From positions 990-64,989 of the forward strand of contig JAFGCQ010000004.1 in assembly GCA_016932555.1 (NCBI GenBank): a stretch of DNA of 64,000 nt, in the 5' to 3' direction. The DNA is from Candidatus Zambryskiibacteriota bacterium. GTDB lineage: Bacteria; Patescibacteriota; Minisyncoccia; Phycocordibacterales; WO2-35-19. Positions 40,825 to 49,588 of the stretch are shown here, piece by piece (within the stretch, counting starts at the first letter, position 1; each line of letters opens with the position of its first letter). Both the position numbers and the translations under genes were made by a program. The notes beneath the pieces are model-generated. The model was not told the origin of the DNA. It saw only the letters and a list, made by a program, of their open reading frames with translations, and made no database searches.

Positions 40825-41673
40825 CTAGTGTTTCTTCCCCACTTTTCTTCGACTGACGATAAACTTCTCTGAATATTTCTTGGGCGATCTGGTTTTTTGA
40901 CCTTTGCCAGTCGGTTTACCCCATTTAGAAACAGCTCTCCTTCGGCCGCGACCCTGTCTCCCCTCACCACCACCATGCGGATGATCAACCGGATTTTGGG
41001 CGGTGCCTCTAACAGTTGGTCTTATGCCTTTCCATCGGCTTTTGCCAGCTTTACCATAATTTTCAAGTTTTTTTTCTTCATTAGAAACTTCTCCGACACT
41101 GGCCCAGCAAGTTTCTTTAACCTTTCTAACCTCAGACGATGGCATTTTGAGATCTACCATTCCAGCGTCTTTAGCAATTACTTGAACGAAATTACCAGCA
41201 CTGCGAGCAATTTTGGCTCCACTTTTGGGTTTTAGTTCAACATTATAAATAAAAGTGCCAATTGGAATATCTTTAAGCGGCATTCGATTGCCCGTTTTTA
41301 TTTCTGCTCCTTCGGCTGTTAAAAACTCCTCGTTAAGATTTATACCTTTAGGTAAAAGTATATATTTTTTTTCACCATCTCTATAAATTACAAGACCAAT
41401 AAAACCAGTGCGATTTGGGTCATATTCTATAGAAGTTACTCTGTAAGGAATACCAATTTTGTTATATTTAAAATCAACTTCTCTAAAAAGCCTTTTGTTT
41501 CCTGACCCTTTGTGGCGAGTAGTAATCCGACCAGCATTATTTCTGCCAACTGCTCTTTTGCGTCCAAAAGTTAAAGATTTTTCTGGTTTGGTTTTAGTTA
41601 GTAAAGACTTATAAAACACATTGGCCATATGCCTTCTGGATTTAGTTTTTGGTTTGTATTTTTTGATGCTCAT
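40825..41673 (-). CDS. rplB: 50S ribosomal protein L2
   Basis: 282 aa, C-terminal GGGEGR motif. Confidence 0.9.
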   Translation of the reverse strand: MSIKKYKPKTKSRRHMANVFYKSLLTKTKPEKSLTFGRKRAVGRNNAGRITTRHKGSGNKRLFREVDFKYNKIGIPYRVTSIEYDPNRTGFIGLVIYRDGEKKYILLPKGINLNEEFLTAEGAEIKTGNRMPLKDIPIGTFIYNVELKPKSGAKIARSAGNFVQVIAKDAGMVDLKMPSSEVRKVKETCWASVGEVSNEEKKLENYGKAGKSRWKGIRPTVRGTAQNPVDHPHGGGEGRQGRGRRRAVSKWGKPTGKGQKTRSPKKYSEKFIVSRRKVGKKH

Positions 41674-41711
41674 TTTATTTTCTTATTTCGTAACTCTTAA
41701 CTCGTATCCCG

Positions 41712-41999
41712 TTACTCTATCTTATCTCCTTTTTTCAGATAAACATAAGCTTTTTTCACTCCTGATTTGGTACCTTTTTTACCTCGTATAAAAACTCGCT
41801 TTGTTGGATTCTTAACAATATTAATTTTTATAGGCTTAATTTTGTAAAAAACTTCAATAGCTTTAGCAATTTGGTTTTTAGTGGCCTCTGAAGAAACCTC
41901 GAAGGTATGGGTATTCGCTTCTGCAGCTAAATTAGCCTTTTCAGTAATTCTAGGTCTTAAAATAATATTTGCGTATTTTGCTTTTAAATCTTTCATCAT
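41712..41999 (-). CDS. rplW: 50S ribosomal protein L23
   Basis: 95 aa, L23 pattern. Confidence 0.85.
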   Translation of the reverse strand: MMKDLKAKYANIILRPRITEKANLAAEANTHTFEVSSEATKNQIAKAIEVFYKIKPIKINIVKNPTKRVFIRGKKGTKSGVKKAYVYLKKGDKIE

Positions 42000-42008
42000 G
42001 TTTAAATT

Positions 42009-42677
42009 TTATTTAAGCTTTAAAGATAAAATTTCAATTGATTTTTTTGGATTAACAATAATAAGGTTCCTATATTGAAGCAAATCTAAAATATTCAAAT
42101 CTTTCACTTGTCCAATCTTCAGATTACTAAAATTACCGAAGCTCTTTAAAATATTGTTATCTTTTTCTCCCAAAATTAAAAAGCATGCATTTTTTCTTCC
42201 CTTCAACGAATCAAATCCTTTAATTTTAGTTAATGAAGTCAAGATGTTTTTAGCTTCTTTAGCTTTCGGCTCTTTAAAGACAAAATTGTCAATTAAAATA
42301 ATTTCGCCATCGCTAAGTTTTTTAGAAAGTATACTGAAAAGCGCTTTGACCTTCATTTTTTTATTTATTTTTCTAGAATAATTTTTGTCAGCTCTGGGTC
42401 CGTGAGCTACACCGCCGCCGATCCAGATAGGTGACCGGCGAGAACCATGCCTAGCTTGACCAGTACCTTTTTGTTTCCAAGGCTTCCTGCCAGTACCGGA
42501 AACTTCACCTCGAATCTTAGCGTGAGCGGTACCAGTACGTTTATTCGTCATCATGGAATCCACCATTTGACGAACCAGTCTTTCAGTTTTGGTATTCCAA
42601 GATAAACCAAAAACTTCTAGGGGAAGTTTTATTTCTCCTGTTTCTTTCCCTTCTTGATTGTAAATTTTTGCTTCCAT
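42009..42677 (-). CDS. rplD: 50S ribosomal protein L4
   Basis: 222 aa, L4 pattern. Confidence 0.9.
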   Translation of the reverse strand: MEAKIYNQEGKETGEIKLPLEVFGLSWNTKTERLVRQMVDSMMTNKRTGTAHAKIRGEVSGTGRKPWKQKGTGQARHGSRRSPIWIGGGVAHGPRADKNYSRKINKKMKVKALFSILSKKLSDGEIILIDNFVFKEPKAKEAKNILTSLTKIKGFDSLKGRKNACFLILGEKDNNILKSFGNFSNLKIGQVKDLNILDLLQYRNLIIVNPKKSIEILSLKLK

Positions 42678-42713
42678 AATTTTAATCTCGAGTTACGATA
42701 AACAAGTCAAGAG

Positions 42714-43346
42714 TTACGATTTCGAATTTCGTGTTTCGTTACTCACATTTTTTACTTCAACTAATGTTCCTCTTCTACCGGGTATTGCTCCAGAGACCAA
42801 TAAATTGTTGTTCTCCATATCAATACCTACTACTTTAAGATTTTTAACTGTTATTCTTTTACCTCCCATGCGACCAGCCATTCTAGTACCTTTAAGAACT
42901 CTTTGTACACCACCAACTCCGATAGAACCCGGTTCTCTTTCAGAATGTTTCTGGCCATGAGTACGGGGACCACCATGAAAACCATGTCTCTTCACAACCC
43001 CCTGAAAACCTTTAGCTTTAGATATGGCTGAAACAGCAACAGTATCTCCTATTTCAAAAATATCAGCTAAAATCTTTTCATTTTTTTTGAATTCTATATT
43101 TTCTACTCTAAACTCCTTAAGAACAGCTGGTTTTAATTCTCCCAAGTGGCCCTTAAGCGGTTTAGAGATTTTGTTCTCCTTGCGATAGCCGAAAGCGACT
43201 TGAACAGCATTATAGCCATCTTTTTCGTTAGTTTTGATGAAAGAGACTACATTAGGTTCCACGTTCAAAACAGTCACCGGAGTCACTCTGTTATCTTCCC
43301 CAAAGATTTGGGTCATATTTACCTTTTTGGCCAATAAAAATTTCAT
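42714..43346 (-). CDS. rplC: 50S ribosomal protein L3
   Basis: MKFLLAKKVNMTQIF conserved N-terminus. Confidence 0.9.
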   Translation of the reverse strand: MKFLLAKKVNMTQIFGEDNRVTPVTVLNVEPNVVSFIKTNEKDGYNAVQVAFGYRKENKISKPLKGHLGELKPAVLKEFRVENIEFKKNEKILADIFEIGDTVAVSAISKAKGFQGVVKRHGFHGGPRTHGQKHSEREPGSIGVGGVQRVLKGTRMAGRMGGKRITVKNLKVVGIDMENNNLLVSGAIPGRRGTLVEVKNVSNETRNSKS

Positions 43347-43365
43347 GCTACAAATTTCCACAAAT

Positions 43366-43416
43366 TAGATCGAATGATACGAATAAAGACTTTTTTATTC
43401 GCGCGAATAAAAAATG
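43366..43416. repeat. Cluster of CGAATA/TATTCG motifs, including the 16-bp perfect palindrome TTATTCGCGCGAATAA, in the rpsJ/rplC spacer. Partial member of the 99-bp repeat family.
   Basis: gatcgaatgatacgaata matches copy B of the repeat. It is followed by the palindrome and another ccgaataaa. Confidence 0.7.
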
Positions 43417-43460
43417 CCGCTCGGCTCCGAATAAATTAACAAATATTCCGTTAAATTGCA

Positions 43461-43481
43461 AGCCCCCGCCGAGGCGGGGGC
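43461..43481 (-). terminator. GC-rich hairpin (GCCCCCGCC-GAG-GCGGGGGC) between rpsJ and rplC. Terminator/attenuator-like.
   Basis: 9-bp G/C stem immediately after the rpsJ stop on the minus strand. Confidence 0.5.
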
Positions 43482-43488
43482 TTAAGAG

Positions 43489-43914
43489 TTACATTATCTT
43501 TACATCTATGTTCACCCCTGAGGGTAAAGATAGATTGGTCAGAGAGTCCATTATTTTAGGAGAAGGATTGATAATATCAATCACCCTGCGATGAATTCGC
43601 ATTTCAAACTGTTCTCTCGCATTTTTATAGATAAATGGCGAGCGATTAACGGTATATTTCTTAATTTGAGTAGGTAAAGGGATAGGCCCCACTACCTGAG
43701 CATCATAACGCAAAGCGGTATCTATAATCTGCTTTACTGAAATATCAAGCACTTTGTATTCATAAGCCATTACCCTGATACGAAGCTTAGAAATTAAGTC
43801 TTCTTTCTTTTTTTTAGAAGATTTTTTTGCAATAGTTTTCTTCTCCTTTTTATCTTTTTCTTGCCCGACTTTGTTTTTCAGGCGGGTTTCTTTTTTTAAT
43901 GTGCTCTCTGCCAT
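43489..43914 (-). CDS. rpsJ: 30S ribosomal protein S10, with a lysine-rich N-terminal extension of about 40 aa
   Basis: Core LRIRVMAYEYKVLD ... GPIPLPT ... S10 pattern. The extension is KKEKK-rich. Confidence 0.85.
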   Translation of the reverse strand: MAESTLKKETRLKNKVGQEKDKKEKKTIAKKSSKKKKEDLISKLRIRVMAYEYKVLDISVKQIIDTALRYDAQVVGPIPLPTQIKKYTVNRSPFIYKNAREQFEMRIHRRVIDIINPSPKIMDSLTNLSLPSGVNIDVKIM

Positions 43915-43928
43915 ATCAATAAATTTTA

Positions 43929-45131
43929 CTAGGCAACAATTTTGGTTACTACTCCAGCTCCAACAGTCTTGCCTCCTTCACGAATAGCAAATCTTTGCTG
44001 TTCTTCAAGGGCCACTGGAGCTACTAATTTTACTTTAAAAGTAACAGTATCACCCGGCATTACCATTTCCACTCCTTCAGCAAGAGTAACTTCACCGGTT
44101 ACATCAGTAGTCCTGATGTAAAATTGAGGTTTATAGCCAGTAAAGAATGGAGTATGTCGACCGCCTTCTTCTTTCTTTAATACATAAACTTCAGCTTCAA
44201 AATCGGTATGAGGAGTGACAGTACCCGGTTTAGCAATAACTTGGCCACGATGGACATCTTCTTTTTTGAGACCGCGTAAAAGAATACCAGCGTTGTCGCC
44301 ACATTGACCTTCTTGAAGTTGTTTATTGAACATTTCTACACCAGTAACAGTAGTTTTCTGGGCATCTTTAAGCCCAATAACTTCAACTTCCTCACCAACC
44401 TTAACAACACCTCTTTCTATCTTACCAGTAACTACAGTACCTCTGCCTTCAATAGAAAATATGTCTTCAATGGGCATAAGAAATGGTTTATCTAGATCTC
44501 TTTCAGGAGTCGGGAAGTAAGTGTCAAGGGCATTGACCAATTCCATAATTTTTTGCGCCCATTCATCACTAGCATCTTTAGCTTCTAAAGCTTTAAGGCC
44601 AGAACCTCTAATAATCGGAGTATTCTTACCATCATACTGGTTTTTGTCCAAAAGCTCTCGGATTTCTTCTTCAACTAAATCAATTAAATCAGCTTCTTGA
44701 ACCATATCACACTTGTTTAGAAAAACGATAATTTTTGGTACACCCACTTGGCGGGCCAAAAGGATATGCTCTCTGGTTTGAGGCATCACACCATCAGTAG
44801 CGGCAACTACTAGAACAGCCCCGTCCATTTGAGCCGCCCCAGTAATCATGTTTTTGATATAGTCGGCGTGTCCTGGAGCATCAACGTGAGCATAGTGTCT
44901 AGTTGGGGTCCAATATTCACTGTGGTGCAGAGCAATAGTAATACCTCTAGCTTTTTCTTCAGGAGCATTGTCAATATTACTAATATCTTCCACCCTAGCT
45001 CCATAACCCTCATCTTTTTTCATATCAAGAATCTTGAGGATAGCAGCTGTTAAGGTAGTTTTACCGTGGTCAACGTGGCCCACAGTACCAACATTTATAT
45101 GTGGTTTTGAACGATCAAATTGTTCTGCCAT
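43929..45131 (-). CDS. tuf: Elongation factor Tu
   Basis: [25 protein letters not shown] motifs. 400 aa. Confidence 0.95.
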   Translation of the reverse strand: MAEQFDRSKPHINVGTVGHVDHGKTTLTAAILKILDMKKDEGYGARVEDISNIDNAPEEKARGITIALHHSEYWTPTRHYAHVDAPGHADYIKNMITGAAQMDGAVLVVAATDGVMPQTREHILLARQVGVPKIIVFLNKCDMVQEADLIDLVEEEIRELLDKNQYDGKNTPIIRGSGLKALEAKDASDEWAQKIMELVNALDTYFPTPERDLDKPFLMPIEDIFSIEGRGTVVTGKIERGVVKVGEEVEVIGLKDAQKTTVTGVEMFNKQLQEGQCGDNAGILLRGLKKEDVHRGQVIAKPGTVTPHTDFEAEVYVLKKEEGGRHTPFFTGYKPQFYIRTTDVTGEVTLAEGVEMVMPGDTVTFKVKLVAPVALEEQQRFAIREGGKTVGAGVVTKIVA

Positions 45132-45274
45132 AATTTTTGATTAAAATTTATTATTAATTTATTTTTTAAAATAAGCGTTAAAAACGCAACTCGCAATCCT
45201 CCCACTTTCGCGGGCAAGCGAGTCTTTTATTTCAATAAGTTAAATATTAACAAATCTACAAAACAAGTCAAATT

Positions 45275-45847
45275 TTACCAACAATTTTCCAGTGGAACGG
45301 CTTGGCAGCCAATAGGATCATTTGTTACGGCAGGATTACTAGTTATTTGCCAAGACCAAATTTCGTTAGTCGCGGGAATATATCTGTGATAATCAAAAAA
45401 TTTAGTTCCATAAGCAGGCCAACTATCTGCGACACTTTCTATTATGAACTTATAATTAAATCCATCAGAACAATATAAATAACCACTCCATTCGACAGTA
45501 ATCCCCGAGGGGTCAACTGGTAATTCTGATATGTAAGTTGGGGCAAGGTCTGGTATATAACCATTTAGTCCGCTAGTATTTTTAAAAGCATCGGGACAAA
45601 GATTACAAAAACCATACCAATCTTTGTCTGGAAGCTGACAAGCGCCAGTAAAGGGGTATGATCCATGATCTAAATGATAAAGCTCTAGAGCAGTTTGTAT
45701 TGCTAACATATCTTCTTTTCTTTTGGCATCTCTAGCGTTACCCTTAACTTCATCTAGATTTGCAATTGTAATACTGGATAAAATACCAATAATGGCAATA
45801 ACTACCAGAAGTTCCACTAATGTAAAACCCTTTTTATATTTTTTCAT
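45275..45847 (-). CDS. Type IV pilin-like protein (third pilin paralog)
   Basis: KKGFTLVELLVVIAIIGILSSITIANL N-terminus. Confidence 0.75.
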   Translation of the reverse strand: MKKYKKGFTLVELLVVIAIIGILSSITIANLDEVKGNARDAKRKEDMLAIQTALELYHLDHGSYPFTGACQLPDKDWYGFCNLCPDAFKNTSGLNGYIPDLAPTYISELPVDPSGITVEWSGYLYCSDGFNYKFIIESVADSWPAYGTKFFDYHRYIPATNEIWSWQITSNPAVTNDPIGCQAVPLENCW

Positions 45848-46119
45848 TGTTTCGGTTGAATAAAAGGCGGACCCTGATTATAAATAACTTCATATCCGGC
45901 GGGTGCTTTAATTTCTAAACTAGGACCCATAACTCTTTTTATGAAAAAAGAACCAATGAGAACTAGAGTGGCTATTAATACTAGTATTGTCAAAAATGAT
46001 TCTAAATTCAATTTAGAGAAAAAACTTCCATAATGCTTTTTTTTGATTTCTGGTTTATTTGGTCTACCGCCTATTTTTATAGCAGGATACTCAATTTTCT
46101 CTTCATTGTTATTAAACAT
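45844..46119 (-). CDS. Small membrane protein, hypothetical
   Basis: 91 aa with one TM helix. Start/stop overlap (ATGA) with the pilin gene. Confidence 0.35.
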   Translation of the reverse strand: MFNNNEEKIEYPAIKIGGRPNKPEIKKKHYGSFFSKLNLESFLTILVLIATLVLIGSFFIKRVMGPSLEIKAPAGYEVIYNQGPPFIQPKQ

Positions 46120-46154
46120 AAAATTAAGCCGCTTTTTGTAAACGATTATTTCTA

Positions 46155-46985
46155 TTAATAGCCATAAGATGTTCGCCTAAACGCTTGGTTAAATTTTACC
46201 TCTTTATTAGTTGAATCTGTTCTTAATTCCGGAGTTTTATTAATCTTTTTTATTAAACTTTCATCAGCTATTAATTTAAAAGCTGGTTTCTCGGTTTTAA
46301 TTTCAACTGCAGTTTCTGGTTTAGGATTTAATATTTCAGGCACTTTATCTTCAATTAAAGCTTCATTGGGATGAGCTTTGACCCAATCTGAAATTTTTCT
46401 GTCATTCTCTAAATCGATATCTTCTCTAGCGCTGCCGGGTTTTATTATATCCCTAGCTTTTTGCAGTAGATTATTTATTTTATCTGCATCCCTAAAAAGC
46501 TCGGATAAATCAAGTTTATTGCCTACTCTTAAAGTATCACCACCCAAACCATATTTGGCCGGATCTTGAAATAATTTGTTTGTTAGTGCCCTTAACGTGT
46601 ATGATTTTTGGGTCTCCGTTAATTCGCTAAATTTTTCAGTAAACTCATTTAAATCTTCTTTCAAAAAATTCCATACTGAGTCTCCTGACACTACCTTATG
46701 CTCAAACGAAGACTTTGGCGAAGCTTCAATTTGACTTTCTTCTAAAACAGGCTGAAAACTTTGTCTCGACAGCAATCTATTTTCCGTAAAGTTAGGTGCT
46801 TCTTTTCTTTCTTCCTGAGATTTAGAGATTTCTATACCATTTTCTAAAGTAGATTTTGGTTCAGATTCTATTTCTTCAGATATTATAGAATTTTTCTGCT
46901 CTTCTAACCATTTTTGCTTATCTTGAATGCTCCAATTCTCAAAATCTTCGGGGAATGATTTTTTATTTTGGGATACAGATTCCAT
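46155..46985 (-). CDS. Hypothetical acidic/charged protein
   Basis: 276-aa ORF with low-complexity E/K-rich sequence. Confidence 0.35.
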   Translation of the reverse strand: MESVSQNKKSFPEDFENWSIQDKQKWLEEQKNSIISEEIESEPKSTLENGIEISKSQEERKEAPNFTENRLLSRQSFQPVLEESQIEASPKSSFEHKVVSGDSVWNFLKEDLNEFTEKFSELTETQKSYTLRALTNKLFQDPAKYGLGGDTLRVGNKLDLSELFRDADKINNLLQKARDIIKPGSAREDIDLENDRKISDWVKAHPNEALIEDKVPEILNPKPETAVEIKTEKPAFKLIADESLIKKINKTPELRTDSTNKEVKFNQAFRRTSYGY

Positions 46986-47024
46986 ATTTAGATTATAAAT
47001 TAAAAAACCGATAAATTAAACTCT

Positions 47025-47052
47025 TGACTTGTTAATTACTCAGGTATATAAT
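47025..47052 (+). promoter_or_regulatory. Sigma70-type promoter (TTGACT - 16 nt - TATAAT) upstream of nusA
   Basis: Hexamers at 47025-47030 and 47047-47052. Confidence 0.6.
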
Positions 47053-47072
47053 AGTTGTAATACTGAAAGATA

Positions 47073-47105
47073 GAAATTCCGCTTAACCCGCGGAATTTTT
47101 ATTTC
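47073..47105 (+). terminator. Intrinsic terminator hairpin in the nusA leader (AAATTCCGC-TTAACC-GCGGAATTT + T run). Attenuator candidate.
   Basis: 9-bp stem followed by TTTTTATTT. It lies about 20 nt downstream of the promoter -10 and about 75 nt upstream of the nusA ATG. Confidence 0.55.
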
Positions 47106-47182
47106 AAGTTTTTATTCATATCATTCGACTTGTCCGTTCGTAGTTTTAGTGAAGTTGAATCTTATCCGTAAAATTCACAAAC

Positions 47183-48319
47183 ATGTTTGATTTGAAAGTT
47201 ATAAATTCGGTTCTAGACCAATTAGAAGAAGAGCGCGGTATACCAAAAGAGAAAGTCATCGAAGCTATCGGGGAAGCTTTAGCTTTTGCCTACAAAAAAG
47301 AGTATGGTAAACGTGGACAGATTATTCGAGCCAATTTTGACATAAAAACCGGTAGCGTAGAAATGAATCAAATTAAAATTGTAGTCGACAATTCCAAAGT
47401 TTTTATGAACAAAGAAGATCTGGAAAAAGCCATTGAAACTGCTGAAGAAGATGATGATGATCGAGTACTTTTTAATACTGAACATCATATCCTTTTGCCT
47501 GACGCTAAAAAGATCAAAAAAGATGCCGTAGTTGGAGATGAAATAATTTTCCCACTTGAATCCAAAAACGACTATGGCCGTATTGCTTCACAAACAGCTA
47601 AACAAGTTATTATTCAAAAAATTAGAGAAGCTGAAAGAAATTCGGTTCTTAAAGAATTTGGGGAAAGAGAAGGCGATATTATCACTGGCACTGTCCAGAG
47701 GATAGAAAGAGGAAATATTTTTATAGATGTTGGCCGAGCTGTCGGTATTTTGCCTTACGAAGAACAAATACCCGGAGAAAGATTCGGTCAAGGTGAAAGA
47801 ATCAGATCCTATCTCTATAAAGTAGAAGATGGCCCCAAGGGTGTAGCTCTGAGACTTTCACGTTCTCATCCGCGTTTTCTTATAAAACTCTTTGAGAATG
47901 AAGTTCCGGAACTCAGCAGTGGTGCCATTGAAATTAAATCTGTAGCCAGAGAGGCTGGTTCGAGATCTAAAGTAGCTGTAGTTTCTAACGATGATTATAT
48001 AGACCCAGTAGGATCATTAGTTGGACAAAGAGGTGTCAGGGTAGCTACAGTTACAAGTGAGCTTGGTGGTGAGAAAATTGACATTATTGAATGGTCTCCC
48101 GATTCAGCTGAGTTCATAGAAGATGCACTCTCTCCGGCTAAAATAGTTTCTATTAATATAGATGAAGAAAATAGACAAGCTAGCGTAGTGGTAGCCGAAG
48201 ATCAACAATCATTAGCTATTGGTAAAGGTGGCCAAAATGTACGCTTAGCTGCTAAATTAACTGGTTGGCGAATAGACATTAAGTCAATTGAAGGTGAAAA
48301 ATTAGAAACTGCCGTATAG
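47183..48319 (+). CDS. nusA: Transcription termination/antitermination protein NusA
   Basis: NusA N-terminal domain, S1 and two KH domains (GKGGQNVRLAAKLTGWRIDI). Confidence 0.9.
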   Translation: MFDLKVINSVLDQLEEERGIPKEKVIEAIGEALAFAYKKEYGKRGQIIRANFDIKTGSVEMNQIKIVVDNSKVFMNKEDLEKAIETAEEDDDDRVLFNTEHHILLPDAKKIKKDAVVGDEIIFPLESKNDYGRIASQTAKQVIIQKIREAERNSVLKEFGEREGDIITGTVQRIERGNIFIDVGRAVGILPYEEQIPGERFGQGERIRSYLYKVEDGPKGVALRLSRSHPRFLIKLFENEVPELSSGAIEIKSVAREAGSRSKVAVVSNDDYIDPVGSLVGQRGVRVATVTSELGGEKIDIIEWSPDSAEFIEDALSPAKIVSINIDEENRQASVVVAEDQQSLAIGKGGQNVRLAAKLTGWRIDIKSIEGEKLETAV

Positions 48320-48427
48320 TAAAAATTATTTAATAAAAGATATCAAGGTATTGGAATATTGATCTTGATTTTTTGTGATATAATAATAAGCGTAGAATTT
48401 GGAATTAATTACAAATAATTTAAAATT

Positions 48428-49150
48428 ATGAAAAATAATATATTGGTTTTTATTGCTTTTATTTGTTTATTAGTTATACCAGTTTCGTTATTAGCCGTCA
48501 CCGTTAACAGTACGGGTACTCAAAATCAAGAACAAAAAGCGCCAGCTGAATCTGTTAGTGCTATCAAAGAGCAAGAGAGAAATCAAGTTGAAGAAATGAA
48601 GAGCGAAATAGAAGGCCAAATAGAAACTATCAGAAACAGGATAGAGGCGAAAAAAGAAGAATTAAAGCAAGAAATGGAACAAAAAAGAGAGGAGATTAGA
48701 AATTCTATTGAAGATAGGAGGCAAAATATAGCTAACCAGATTCAAAGTAATCTTAATCAGTTTATAGAAAAAATTATTGAGAGATTTGATGCCGCAATAG
48801 AGCGTTTAGAAATCTTAACAATCAGAATTGAATCACGAATTGAAAAAATAGAAGCTAGGGATATTGATGTCGAAGAAGCCAAAAGTTTGTTAGATATTGC
48901 CAATGATAAAATCGATACAGCTAAAGTTAGTGTTACTATTATTGGCTCCACACTTGAAAATGACGGAGTACCGACTACAAACACCGCAAAAGCTGAATAT
49001 GAGGCGTTTAAGATCCAAATTGCCCAAGCCAAATCTGACATAAAAGCAGCCCATACGTCACTTATAGACGTAGTAAATAGTCTCAAGCCGGGTGCTAACA
49101 AATTGAGAGAATTAGAAGAAGATACTCCAAACGAGATCTCTGATGAATAA
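48428..49150 (+). CDS. Secreted coiled-coil protein, hypothetical
   Basis: Signal peptide followed by an E/K/R-rich heptad-like region. Confidence 0.4.
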   Translation: MKNNILVFIAFICLLVIPVSLLAVTVNSTGTQNQEQKAPAESVSAIKEQERNQVEEMKSEIEGQIETIRNRIEAKKEELKQEMEQKREEIRNSIEDRRQNIANQIQSNLNQFIEKIIERFDAAIERLEILTIRIESRIEKIEARDIDVEEAKSLLDIANDKIDTAKVSVTIIGSTLENDGVPTTNTAKAEYEAFKIQIAQAKSDIKAAHTSLIDVVNSLKPGANKLRELEEDTPNEISDE

Positions 49151-49188
49151 TCTTTGAAATTTATTATTTATAATTTAAAATTAAAAAT

Positions 49189-49497
49189 ATGGATACATTC
49201 AACCCAAATCAAATGCCCCCGATTCAAGATAATCCTGAAAAAAAATCGATTGGGCCGCTTATCTCTGTTATTATAATTTTAGTGCTAATTATAGTAGGAG
49301 GTTTATATTTTCTAAAAACCAGATCTGAACGCAATGTTTATATTCCAAATACAGAAGAAGGCGCTGATTCTGTAGTTGAATCCTTAAAACAGCAAGAAGA
49401 ATCTGATGAGTTAGATTCTATAGAAGCCGACCTCTTAAATACTGATCTGGATAATCTCGATCAAGACGCCGCAGCCATAGAAGCAGAGTTGGAATAA
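49189..49497 (+). CDS. Small single-TM protein with an acidic C-terminus, hypothetical
   Basis: 102-aa ORF. Confidence 0.35.
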   Translation: MDTFNPNQMPPIQDNPEKKSIGPLISVIIILVLIIVGGLYFLKTRSERNVYIPNTEEGADSVVESLKQQEESDELDSIEADLLNTDLDNLDQDAAAIEAELE

Positions 49498-49519
49498 ACA
49501 AAATAAAAAACCGAAAAAA

Positions 49520-49548
49520 CCCCGTAATTCCCGGGGTTTTTTGATTAG
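49520..49548 (+). terminator. Rho-independent terminator (AAAACCCCG-TAATTC-CGGGGTTTTTT)
   Basis: GC stem flanked by A and T tracts. Confidence 0.75.
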
Positions 49549-49588
49549 TTATCTTGATTTATAAGCATTTTTAAGTTAGACTGCTAAA

